Assembly: GCA_021399345.1 (NCBI GenBank)
Contig: JAAFKI010000124.1
Location: 29,521 to 93,520, forward strand
DNA from: Candidatus Heimdallarchaeota archaeon
GTDB lineage: Archaea > Asgardarchaeota > Heimdallarchaeia > Heimdallarchaeales > Heimdallarchaeaceae
DNA: 64,000 nucleotides
Direction of reading: 5' to 3'
Below, one piece after another: positions 63,980 to 64,000 of this stretch; the first letter of the stretch is position 1; each line of letters begins with the position of its first letter. The notes below the pieces were generated by a model that saw only the letters and a list, made by a program, of their open reading frames with translations, made no database searches and was not told the DNA's origin. The translations under genes and the position numbers were made by a program.

Positions 63980-64000
63980 AATTAATTTTTTTCTGTTTCT

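Noticed and set aside
1-64000. Search for tRNA, rRNA, CRISPR arrays, transposases/IS elements, integrases, toxin-antitoxin or known defence genes
   Set aside because: I saw no T-loop-type GGTTCGAATCC/GGTTCAAATCC motifs, spacer-interrupted repeats, DDE or serine/tyrosine recombinase-like ORFs, or defence-system hallmarks in any frame. This absence is from reading by eye only; tRNAscan/Infernal and HMM searches would be decisive.

Overview
The window is visibly AT-rich, densely coding and archaeal. Evidence for archaeal origin: a group II chaperonin (thermosome), RtcB plus archease, two-subunit ADP-forming acetyl-CoA synthetase, a two-thioredoxin-fold protein disulfide oxidoreductase, AlaX and a circularly permuted GTPase. 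A Rab/Ras-like small GTPase and a tandem V4R (Bet3/TRAPP-fold) protein suggest an Asgard (Lokiarchaeia-like) genome; that is inference only. I support about 55 CDS. I recognised no rRNA, tRNA, CRISPR array, transposase or prophage.

Content falls into four groups:
1. A tightly coupled seven-gene operon (about 2.46-13.0 kb) built around a MoxR AAA+ ATPase and a DUF58/vWA protein with an intact MIDAS motif. Its other five products are membrane or surface proteins I cannot assign to any family. This is my best candidate for an undescribed system.
2. A dispersed amino-acid catabolism set: hutU, hutH-hutI plus a second divergent ammonia-lyase paralogue, a tryptophanase-type lyase, gcvT, gcvH-PA-PB, ADP-forming ACS, and an arginase-fold hydrolase.
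3. An RNA-processing block: cpGTPase, TatD, a DHH phosphoesterase and divergent RtcB/archease.
4. Folding and redox genes: thermosome, PDO, parvulin, Nfu, and a Nox/CoADR-type flavoprotein.

Several unusual architectures also stand out:
- a thioredoxin-fold domain fused to two V4R domains
- a MenA-like prenyltransferase with an extra N-terminal soluble domain
- a legumain-like surface protease
- a helical 103-aa ORF start-stop coupled to the Rab-like GTPase

All family calls come from motif recognition by eye. No database search was run.
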